DNA of 15,778 bases from Rotaria sordida (lineage: Eukaryota): contig CAJNOO010000198.1 of the NCBI GenBank assembly GCA_905250875.1, positions 57,321 through 73,098 on the forward strand. Direction: 5' to 3'. Shown in pieces: positions 1 through 9,908 of the stretch; position 1 is the first letter of the stretch, and each line of letters starts with the position of its first letter. The notes beneath the pieces are model-generated. The model had not been told where the DNA came from. It was given only the letters and a program-made list of their open reading frames with translations, and did no database searches. Position numbers and translations under genes: made by a program.

Positions 1-87
1 CCCACACCCACACCCACACCCACACCCACACCCACACCCACACCCACACCCACACCCACACCCACACCCACACCCACACCCACACCC
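1..87 (-). repeat. Telomeric-type repeat (CCCACA)14 + CCC; the G-strand TGTGGG is on the minus strand, reading toward the left end
   Basis: Perfect hexamer repeat at 1-84, then CCC. TGTGGG is the telomeric repeat reported for bdelloid rotifers. The C-strand at the left edge is the orientation expected for a chromosome end to the left. Confidence 0.85.
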
Positions 88-90
88 TCA

Positions 91-833
91 CGACCATAGT
101 TATTTGTACCCAAGCCATTTTCAATCTGGACGATAGCTATTGTGCTTCGTACGATTTTTCGGGTGTGAAGGACGATGATTACAGCCCTTCATACTGCAAA
201 GACTGTTTCATCCGTTCGTTCACCATTACGGTACTGTCTGCTGCAACTAAGATCCTTAATACCAAAATTATGACTCTTTTTAACAATGTTTTGATGCAGA
301 GTAGATTACCATAATTACGGTTCTTCGTGCCGTAATTATGGTCCTCTAGAGCAGAACTTTAACCTTTAGCAGCACATTTCTGATCTTACAGACCACAATT
401 ATGGTCCTTCATATCATTGTTTTTGGTTTCTCGGAGCGCGATTGGGGTACTGACTTACTATTGCTTACGTTTCTAAGCACCACAATTATGCCTCTTTGTA
501 CCGTCGTTTTGTCCAAAGGACCATCATTATGTTCCTTCGTATTATATGAATGATCGTTTGGTTCGCGATTTTGACCCTCATAACCACAGCTATAGTCCGA
601 AGGACCATGGTTCTGGTCCTTTGTAGCATTCTTTCCGCCTAATGAATCACAATTATGGTCCTTCTCACCATTATTTTTGGTCCATTGGACCACTGTTATG
701 GTTCTTTAGGCCATGAATATGGCCTACTGGCGCAGAGTTCTGGGCCTATTTATCACAGTTGTGGTCGAAAGACTACAGTTTTCTTTGAAAGTACTACAGC
801 TACGGTTCTTCACACCATAGTTGTGGACCTTTG
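91..833. repeat. Degenerate ~20-24 bp tandem/dispersed repeat field, consensus about ACCACAATTATGGTCCTTTGG, with quasi-palindromic core
   Basis: Variants at about 307-327, 328-347, 391-410, 477-498, 518-539, 580-603, 602-622, 643-665. Nearly contiguous copies at 665-688, 689-710, 711-730, 731-750, 751-771, about 772-790, 791-811 and 812-833. Confidence 0.75.
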
Positions 834-3040
834 TAACGGAGTATTTGTCCAAAGGATCATATGTTGCAGACAGACATAGGTGAATTTCCGTTACCAGATC
901 CTAATCTTTCAGTCTAGAAAAACAGCCTTAGGTCCTGACAAGTTGGTCGCATCTAACAATACGGTACTTATGAGGAATGGATCCCGGATACCTCCAAGTA
1001 GTTACCAGTAACTATCAGGTACCTCCATAGCGCTTGGTAGAGGAATCTAGAGACGCCTGCGGTTCAAAAAGAATGGGTATTGGATGTACCTGGGCACTCA
1101 CGAGTAAGGATTGCGTATCGATGGGCAACGTAGGAAAGGGTATTAAAAGCTTCTAGGTACTTACAAATACCGAGCGTCCCTGGGATATTCGGAATTGAGT
1201 CCTAAATACCCTTAAAGTATTTAGTAAGACGTAAGTAGTAAAGTAATTTTTGGGTGTTTCTTGTGATTTTCTATTTTTCAAATTGCAGCAGGAAAAGAGA
1301 TACGTTATTACAGAACATCTTCTTCATTTCTTTAAACATGTCCCAAAGAAATCCGAAGTACGAGAGGTTTTTTCAGATTTTCATTGGAAGGTGCAGTACA
1401 GAACCCCTTTTCTACGAAACCAAAAGAGAAGCATCTTGTGTATTCGCGGGAAGAATCCGTTAACGCTTCGTACAAAGCCTGGTTTTTTTAAAATGTAGAT
1501 GCCAAGTTTTCTCATTGTGTTAACTGCAGTCTGCACGAGAATTTTGTCTAACGATTTCTTTGCGACATGCAGCGACGGTATGATTTGAACTCGAGTGTAA
1601 GTGTAAATGTATGATTAAGCGTGATACGTCGTCTCGATGCGAGTCATGTAAAGATTGTCGATCGATTCTAACCCTATTCAAATCATTTCCACACATGTAG
1701 TCACTCAGAGTTCACTACCTAAGCTTTTATCGCTGTTCTAATGGTTTAAATATGCCTGAAAGCAGAAGCTACCAGAAACTATTGACAGTTTTGTTAAGTT
1801 CGCATATAATATTGCACTCACTTTGAAGAGTGAAAACAACATTAAATGTGTTTACAAATTCCTATACAATATTTGACAAGCTAGAACACTCTTATTCTAC
1901 CGTTTTTTCCTCTTCATTCTTTAACAGTTACTGAATGTACCAAAATCGGCGTCGTCCAGTATTGATTTCTCTTTTTCCTGTGTATAATATCTTTGTCTTA
2001 GTCTGTCTCGTGTATAAGACTATGTTTAGTATAAAGTATATATTCTCTGGACATCTGAAGTAGCTAACAAATATTATTACTGACGTTAACGTCGATCCAC
2101 TCGATCTAGTTCATCGTTTCCATGGAATATGTTTTTGTATATGTTTTACCTTGTTAGTGTATATGGCTGTTAACAAATGTGAATTCATGGATATGAGGTA
2201 AGAGATTTTATCTTACAGTTAGAGAAAAATTTCTGTCGACATGTACAACTATATCTTTATTCGAAACGGCTACTTTATGAAATTATCTAGTGACTAAATG
2301 ATGATACGCTTGATTTACATAGAAAAGAGTGCATGTGTCAAAAGTCGATGATGATAGCGTTGATGCCGAACCAAGATGAACATGTTTTGTCTAGTGTAGT
2401 CGTCTCAAAGTATATACTAGAATAGCAGCGTTCATGTGCCTCCATTCTTAAAACCAATCATCTTATACGTTCCTCTGTCATATACCACTAGTGAAACTAT
2501 TTATTAGATCATGTGCTTCTATCCGTGTCAATACAAAGGATCAGGTAAACGTATCGAAGATGTTATAAATATCTAAACATGGTTGATACGATCAAAATTT
2601 AATAATACTACACATAAATTAGGCTCCAATGAGTAATCGATGAGGTTGATGTAGTTTGAAATTTTCTAACCAGTGCTGCTGACGGATATCGAAAAATCAG
2701 AATGAATTTGTATTTATGTCTAAAATATTTTCAACTCTTTGATACTCGCTGTGTTATGTTGTTTCTATAGAAAGTTCGCATTTATTGTTATATTTTAAAA
2801 ACTGTTTATGTGAATGGCGCACATCTTTCATACACTGAAGTGTTTTTTTTAAATAGAAAACAAAATGCATCAACCATGTGAAAACAACGAAGCCATATTT
2901 CTTTGCAATTCATTTTTTAATGGCTGCCTCAATATTTATTTTCCCTGTGTGGGATTCCAAAAATAAGCATCATAGTTAAAAATGTATTGCGACTTCCTCA
3001 GAAAGAAAGTGGTTCTATGTAGCGTCTGGCTGAAGTTGTG

Positions 3041-3262
3041 AGTGTGAAGGGTGTGGGTATGGATGTGAGTGCGGGCAAGGGGGCAAAAGCGAGACTCCTG
3101 TACTCAGGAGTACAGTTGGAATACAGTTGTAGTACAGGTGGAATACAATTGCTGTACTCCAGCTGTACTCCAACTGTATTTTACCTGTGCTCCGGAGTAC
3201 AGGAGTCTCGCTTTTTCCTCTTGGGGTGTGGGTATGTGGGTCTCAGTGTGAGTGTGGACAGA
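3041..3262 (+). repeat. Degenerate telomere-like G-rich tract (TGTGGG/TGTGAG variants) interrupted by a fold-back element
   Basis: The 13-mer GGGTGTGGGTATG occurs on both sides of the palindrome (3049-3061 and 3224-3236), with neighbouring TGTGAGTG, GTGTGGG and TATGTGGG motifs. Confidence 0.6.
3082..3218. repeat. 137-bp fold-back/inverted repeat (possible MITE-like element)
   Basis: The arm AAAAGCGAGACTCCTGTACTCAGGAGTACAG (3085-3115) pairs with CTGTGCTCCGGAGTACAGGAGTCTCGCTTTT (3185-3215) with 2 mismatches. Pairing continues to a centre at 3150. Each arm holds 11-bp sub-repeats (GAGTACAGTTG / GAATACAGTTG / TAGTACAGGTG / GAATACAATTG). Confidence 0.85.
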
Positions 3263-3781
3263 AGCGGGGGATATGGATAAAAATAAGATGCACACCCGAG
3301 TCTCGGTATGGAGAGAGCTAGAATATCCGTCAGAGTGAATGGCGAAACTTTGCTCTGTTGTTTAACAGACTCACCTTGTTCGAGTATGTGTCGTCGTCGA
3401 ATGCAAAATTCAATATGATTTCAATGTTTCTTGCAGAGGAAGAACATACATTTTTCTCTCTTTCTCTCGTGCCTTCGCTAATCCTTTCTCTCTGTTAATT
3501 TCTTTCTCACCATCTGAATCTCGGCAAGGAATTGATCCTTTTTTGCAAATGCAGTGAGATGCTATAGGGGTATGATGGAAAAAGAAAGAAAAGAAAAACA
3601 TAGAAAGGAAAAATATCGAAAAAAAATGTAGAAAAGAAATATATCGAAGAGAGAAATATCGAAAGGTGAAATGTCGACGGATAATCATCGAATAGAAAAA
3701 GCTTTCAGCGCAATCCCTGCGGGATTAAAAATGTGAAACACGATGGAGCTTTTTATATTGTGAATGAAGAAATTTGAATTT

Positions 3782-3866
3782 TCTCTGTCACGGTCTGTGA
3801 TGGTCTTTGGAGCCCTTCTATCACTGTCTGTGATGGGTATGGATTGTCTCTGTCACGATCTGTAGG
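3782..3866. repeat. Three degenerate copies of a TCTCTGTCACGGTCTGTGATGG-like unit
   Basis: TCTCTGTCACGGTCTGTGATGG (3782-3803), CTATCACTGTCTGTGATGGGTATGG (about 3818-3842) and TTGTCTCTGTCACGATCTGTAGG (about 3844-3866). Confidence 0.5.
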
Positions 3867-4858
3867 GGGGAGCAAGGGGAGTAGGTCTAAAATTTCTATC
3901 CTATACACTTCAACACTCCTTTCAGATCGTGTGTCACAAGACATAACGTTCGTTAGAAATCTTAAACGAAAAAAACTTAAACAAAAAAATCGATTCACAT
4001 CCTCTGACGAACAAACACAATCGTTAATAATAAACGAAGCCTTGTATTCAATAATGCATGTCTAGTCGTTAGAAAAATTCATTCACATGTTTTTTTTTGT
4101 TTTAAACATTCTTCAAATTAAGCCATGGGCAAAACAGGTCTTTGTGAAATCTTCTTTATGTATGTTTAGAAGAGGACGAAGAAGAAGAGAGTTAAAGAGA
4201 GCGTTGTTTCTATTGCGAAATCAATGATATATATGTCAATATTCGGTCACGTGTTGCTTGAATACTCGACAAAAAAAATTAAAGAATCAATTAGATAAAT
4301 TAGCGATTTAATTATCAATCTCAGATGTTCTACATACAATCAAATAAAAAAAAAACTTTTTCTTCTTTATAAATATGACTGATCAAATTAATAATATTGT
4401 TGATGAAAATTCGTACAATTTATAATTTAATGAACAGTAATCTTACGACAACAAAAATATGACAATAATAATTATTTTTCTTTTTTCTGTTCTATATGAT
4501 AAAAACAGTTAAAGACAAGGACAAATCGAAGTTAATGATTTTTAGCATTTCGAATTCAATAAATTTTCCTTATTAATAAAAAAATTTTGATAATTAATAA
4601 TCGATAAATAAACTACACCATTGTAGAATCTTAGATAATTAAACAGTCGTGTTTTTCATAATGTAAGTTTGCAGCTTTGTTATTCTTAGGTTATGAATAC
4701 CTGCTAGGATGTATTGAATTGAAGGTGACAAAGAATTTCCACAAACGAGCCACTAATTCAAACTCAACATTACATTCATTAAGTTTCTGTAATTAGACTA
4801 GAATTGACGGGTATTAAAGATATAACCAACTATCAACGCAAGATGTCATACTGAATTT

Positions 4859-5216
4859 CAGACTAGTCTGGTTCAGACAAAATATCATTTTTAATAAAAC
4901 ATGGTAGTCTTGACTGGTGCTCAGGATCTTTCAAACTAGTCCAGACATGTATTTCAAAATTATTAGACTAGTCTAGTCCCGTCATTATATTTCCTCATAA
5001 GACACTGACTAATCCTGACGTTGACATCAAATATTTAGGACTAGACTTGACTAGTCCCTAGAATATCTCAGACTAGTCCTGGCATATATTTCGGAAATAT
5101 TAGACTAGTCCAGCCCTGCTAGTATGTCGCTTTTTAAAATACTGACCAGTTCTGACGGCTACATTCAGTATTTTAAACTAGTCAGGATGGATGTTGTGGA
5201 CGTTTCGGACTAGACA
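4859..5216. repeat. Cluster of degenerate ~30-40 bp repeats centred on palindromic GACTAGTC(C)
   Basis: ACTAGT or near-variants at about 4862, 4913, 4936, 4968, 5008, 5050, 5072, 5104, 5143, 5178 and 5209. The first copy is the perfect 12-bp palindrome CAGACTAGTCTG (4859-4870). Confidence 0.6.
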
Positions 5217-5397
5217 TGTCGCCAATCCTCTCGTTTTTTTGCTTGCCTGGGAATATTGTATCTGGACTTTTTTTAAGATCGATATGAGAAGATAGCATGT
5301 CAGATTGACTTCTACATGAACAATTCAAAATCTTATACAATAGACCACTGGCACACCATATTCTATGAATAACATGGATTCAAAAGTAGTTCTCGGC

Positions 5398-5501
5398 ATT
5401 ATTACATGGATCGCAGCGTCCTGATTTTTCTCAGCGAAAAAAATTTTCAAATAGGACGTCCCCCACAGGAAAAATCAGGACGCTGCGATCCGTGTTATTA
5501 T
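5398..5501. mobile_element. Short MITE-like terminal-inverted-repeat hairpin
   Basis: Perfect 23-bp inverted repeat GGATCGCAGCGTCCTGATTTTTC (5408-5430) / GAAAAATCAGGACGCTGCGATCC (5469-5491), extendable to about 33 bp. Possible ATTAT direct duplications at 5398-5402 and 5497-5501. Confidence 0.6.
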
Positions 5502-6397
5502 GTTAATCACATTGTGCTTGGATGTTTTATTACCTATCGTAGTTCTCACTGTTATTCTTATTAATTACCGTCGATTGAAATTAAATATTGACGTGTTATT
5601 AACATGTAACACTTATGTATCTATATTAATGTCCTATCTCATATTGATTGAATGTTATGCTAGTACTCTATATGGTGATCTTTTCCCGTTTTCTAATGCC
5701 GATAGTGATTGGTTCGACATACGAGCTTATCTTCTATGCGTTTTTATGTATGCTGCATATGATTCATATGTACCCTCAAGCATTATTTAGATGCTTTCGA
5801 GTGATATTCTATAGACAAAAGAGTCTACAAACGTTTCGCTTTTTTGTTTATGCCATTATTGCACAATGGTCAATAATGATCTTACTTGCACTTCCACAAC
5901 TTATATTGAACTATATAGAATATCTACCAAGTGAAGGAAATTGTCAGGTTTCTTTTCATAATACATCTGCATTTGTCTTACTGTTTGTAAGCGCTTTTTC
6001 GTTTCCGATCAGTACCACATTTTCAATCTATATCTCTATCATTCGATTTACTCGTCGAACAAGCCATCTTCAACAGCAATGAATAAATTCAAACCAACGA
6101 GATATTATGGTTCTCAAACGAATACTCCTGATTCTCCTCATTATGAGTTTGTTTGGTGCGCCGGCAGTTATTATTCTTTTCATCTATTGGATTACGCAAT
6201 ATACAATATCATTTGCTTATTTTGTACAATATTTCACTGCTTCCATGGATGTGGCACTTCAAACTGTCGTTTTGACATTTTCAACACCTCAAATACGAGC
6301 TCTGTTTACCCGAAATCCAAGAGAAATCCATCCGATAGGGCCAACAGAAGCTAAAAGAACACAAATAGCTAACATTCCGAAAGAAACAAGTTTTTAA
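5500..6397 (+). pseudogene. Rhodopsin-like seven-transmembrane receptor (GPCR-like), disrupted
   Basis: Several hydrophobic segments (ITLCLDVLLPIVVLTVILINYRRLK; CNTYVSILMSYLIL; FFVYAIIAQWSIMILLALPQLIL; FVLLFVSAFSFPISTTFSIYISIIRF; VLKRILLILLIMSLFGAPAVIILFIYWITQY) and TPQIRALF at the C-terminus. A frameshift falls near 5780-5783 (one surplus C in GTACCCTCAAG would explain it). In-frame TGA at 6080-6082 lies between ORF 5648-6082 and ORF 6107-6397, which share a frame. Confidence 0.7.
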
Positions 6398-7083
6398 CAC
6401 TAGCTTAACATGCTTGACTGTTATCTCATTTAATGAATTTTTTTCAATATTGTGTTGTGATTTCATCGTTTTATGTCTTCGTACTATTTAAAAACAATTT
6501 TCAATGTATACATAATTTAGTCAATGCCTTTTTATCTTTTGTTCAGATCAGATTTGACATGAGGAATCTTATTTAGATTTAATATTACCCTAGGCTTAGC
6601 TTGAGACGTAAGACTAAAATATGAAATTATTTATACTTTTCCGTAATTCTGAAATGAAATTATCTAGCCTCTGAAAGAGGAGAACACATATTGTATTCGT
6701 TGCAAATATTCTCAGCATTTTATCACGCAACAAAATAAGGTACGGATCGATGGAATGAAGCAGTTAAACGGTTATCTGATTTATTTTTTAATAATGACTG
6801 GAATGCTCTTGTTGATAAATATGGATTATATAATGTAAGATAATGTTTAACTGAATTTTGATCTATCAAATTTCATAATTGATCGTATTAGTTTAATGTT
6901 TAATATTGAAACATATCTATTTACAGCATTAACATTTCAATTTTCGTGATGCATTTCGTATATATGCATATACGAAATTTTATCATATTATCGGCGGAAA
7001 CAACTGTTTTACTGAATCATTAAATGTGTCATGCCAAATAAATTATTAAACTTTAGTTTTAGCTTTTTTACAAGAATAAAGAT

Positions 7084-7559
7084 AAAACTGTAAATATAAC
7101 AACAAAAAATACAACGCATACCATCGATATATCGAAATTCGATCGTGGTTTTGTTGCAACAGCAGTTTGTGCTGCTTGTTTTATTCATTATAAACCTATT
7201 GATAATCAAGGTTTAAAAAAATGTTATGAGCATTAAGACTATTTTATTATGATTGTGCAAGTAAAGTCGCTTTATATTTCAATCATTCTTGGTGGTATAA
7301 TCAAAATATATACGGAGATTCATCAACAATTGATTTATCATTAAGATTTATATATAATGAAAATTATAATACAATACATAATACAAATAATCATACGGAA
7401 TCTGTTTTACTTGCATCTTTTATTTTTACACCAGATTCAACATTATGGTCATCATCAACAATCGATCAAATAACTAATGAAACTCTATTGAATCTTGAAC
7501 AAATTCATTCACTATCAGATATTCAACAATTTTATCTACGAACTGTTGTTAAACATTGA
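7084..7559 (+). pseudogene. Decayed coding remnant, unidentified family
   Basis: Frame from 7084 reads KTVNITTKNTTHTIDISKFDRGFVATAVCAACFIHYKPIDNQGLKKCYEH then stop at 7234. A second frame from 7239 reads LFYYDCASKVALYFNHSWWYNQNIYGDSSTIDLSLRFIYNENYNT...LEQIHSLSDIQQFYLRTVVKH, stopping at 7557. Codon-like composition and a one-base frame offset suggest one former exon. Confidence 0.45.
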
Positions 7560-7860
7560 TGTGCTATTTAAGGGTTTTTTCGTATGAAGTCTGATTTGAA
7601 TAGATTGTAGAGCTATAGGACGTAGAAATTTGTAATTACTCTACTTTCTCCTCTACAGATCATTAGAGATATTATTGTTATACAGTTATAGACTGTACAT
7701 CAACAGTGAAGTCTTGTTACATAAATATATGAATACATTAGTGAAGGATTACGAAAGATACGAAATATATATCCGAACATAAATAGAATTCGATCCTTGT
7801 GATTAGCAGCACGATTTTTCACATTTGAATTGCATCCACAGATTTCTTTTTTTTAATTTT

Positions 7861-8464
7861 AATCTCATTCGAAGGTGTACTGATTCATTTTCACACGATG
7901 CCTATGCTTTATTTTTACTATACGAAGAATAAAATCTAAAAGCAGCGTTAACACAATTATTCGATCAACATGTTTACTTTTCTAGTGAACATTTATCAGG
8001 AGCATATGCATCGATCGATTCTTCAATACTTTCAGCTTTACATCTTCTCATTCAATTACAAAAAGAAAATTTTGATGTTGTTATTGTTGCACCAGGTTTA
8101 TTATCATTACAAACACCTATTGAATTGTCGAAACGTCAATCAAGTTGGCATATACTTTTTTTTCGAAATATATTCATTTTCAAATAGTAGTTCCTTAAAT
8201 CAAGTTGAATCTTCATCAGCGAACTTAACAATAAAGGAATATTTCTATTTTGGTCCGAATATAATCAATGGTGAATTCAATTCAACCGAATTAATGAATC
8301 GATTTGATTTTGAAAATTTTGCTTTAAATGATCATATTGAAGAATTACTTCAACCATTTAGAATAAATATTAAAGTGGAAGAATATCCTTTATTAACCGT
8401 TCCTTTCATACGAGTGAAATCATCGGTAACATGGTCTATAAGATACTCAATTACTCGGATATGA
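7861..8464 (+). pseudogene. Decayed coding remnant, unidentified; possibly continuation of the preceding remnant
   Basis: Frame from 7861 reads NLIRRCTDSFSHDAYALFLLYEE*NLKAALTQLFDQHVYFSSEHLSGAYASIDSSILSALHLLIQLQKENFDVVIVAPGLLSLQTPIELSKRQSSW (in-frame TAA at 7930). A different frame then reads SSSLNQVESSSANLTIKEYFYFGPNIINGEFNSTELMNRFDFENFALNDHIEELLQPFRINIKVEE. Confidence 0.4.
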
Positions 8465-9589
8465 TTCCAATGATACTAAACCTGAACAAAAAATAATTCT
8501 ATTTAATACAAACGCTATGCATGTATTATCTTGGTTACGAGAACATGTATCAATCAAATGAAATTATAAACAAACAACATTACTTTATCAGAATCATATT
8601 ATTGATCCTTATCTAAGTTGGATTGGAATTTCCACAGATTTAACGTAGAGCATCTATAAACAAATAATATCTAACTATTCTACTCTATTGCCAGATCAGC
8701 CTGCACTAAATGCTTCTCTTCACACATTGATATTTACGTACATTATTTTCTTTCATTTTCTCTTATTGTTAGTTCGAATTCAAATCAAGTTAAATATAAT
8801 TTAAAAAAAAACTTTTAAAAATAATTTGATCTATTTCGTGGCAGAATTTGTATAGGTATATCTAGACAAATACCAGACAAAAGAGTAGAAATTCTACTAG
8901 ATCATCCTAAAACTATACTTTACTCGAATAATGTCGTTTATTTTAGAAGATCAATTTCTTCTATGCAATCACTTGGTTGTTATGCCACTCGACGCTTTTA
9001 ATATTCTGATAAACAAGATAATCCTACAGACTATGGATTCTTCATGTAATATCCATTTCGACACTCTTATTTATATTGTTCTTTCTTTCTCGTATCAAGT
9101 TTATTACGTTTATGTCTATTATTGTATTCTGTCTGACATGAATGATGACATCTGCTACCAATATCTTGCGTAACATGCTCGTTATTTTCATACGAAATCT
9201 ATGAGTTCTAATGCATTCATTTTCTGCTTATCATACGTGCAAATTTAAATTATGCTCATTTCAACAACTTACGTCTTTCTACAGTCGATTTGCTCTAAAG
9301 AATTAAACAGAAATAAAAATCAGAAAACGAATCATATTTCGTACAGTTCATAGTACTAAATCAATGATTTTCTTCTTTCAAAGATTGAATATAAAACATA
9401 CTATGCATTTTATTAGCGATGAGTAGACCTGGAAACTGATTCATTATTCGCGTTTATTAGAAAACGTTTGTGGTTCTGCCAATGAATTTGGAACTTTTAT
9501 ACATTTATCGTCGATAAAAACTTTTAAAAAATCAGTAATTATATGCCTTCGATCAATTTTCACCACATTCGTTTGATTTTATAGATTTG

Positions 9590-9800
9590 TAACGGACGAC
9601 CAAAGAAAGAAACAAACCACGTGGATAAAATTCAGACGCAATTTTCGCGATGTTTATGCACCTATGTGCGATTCTCGCTTTTTTTTTCTTCTGCGCTTCA
9701 CATAGGTGTAAAATATATCTCTAGGGTTTCTTTTCGTTACGACGCTCAGACAGAAACAGAAGATATTTCTATCGTCGCTTTCTTTGCTCGACGTGTCTAT
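9590..9800. repeat. Possible diverged fold-back element with a central 10-bp perfect hairpin
   Basis: CACCTATGTG (9659-9668) / CACATAGGTG (9699-9708). Outer CAAAGAAAG (9601-9609) / CTTTCTTTG (9778-9786). Confidence 0.3.
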
Positions 9801-9908
9801 TACATGCGCAACATTGCCTACGAACATATGCCTTTCTCGAGCTAAATATATGATGTTTTTCTTTCTTTTCATACTAATAATACGACAAAAAAAGAACACT
9901 TCTTTTAG

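Noticed and set aside
409-879. Minus-strand ORFs 409-693 and 655-879 with repeated motifs (DHNCG, DHSYN, NDGP, YHSCG)
   Set aside because: The peptide repetition is explained by the degenerate ~21-bp DNA repeat. There is no independent coding evidence.
880-1240. Possible second degenerate array (GGTACCTCC, GGTACTTAC, GTAGTTACC variants)
   Set aside because: Too irregular to define a unit or period by eye; it could be chance in a palindrome-rich stretch.
1250-1498. ORF 82 aa (MGVSCDFLFFKLQQ...)
   Set aside because: No recognisable domain and a short length in an AT-rich region; likely random.
3410-3998. Minus-strand ORFs 3410-3688 and 3753-3998
   Set aside because: The phenylalanine-rich and repeated DRD/SQTV sequences follow from the purine tract and CTGTCAC repeats, not from a recognisable protein.
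4859-5216. CRISPR-like array
   Set aside because: Repeats are degenerate, spacing is irregular (about 22-42 bp), cores are only ~8 bp and the context is eukaryotic with no cas genes.
8931-9173. ORF 80 aa with hydrophobic C-terminal part
   Set aside because: No recognisable family and no neighbouring coding frame; likely chance in AT-rich DNA.
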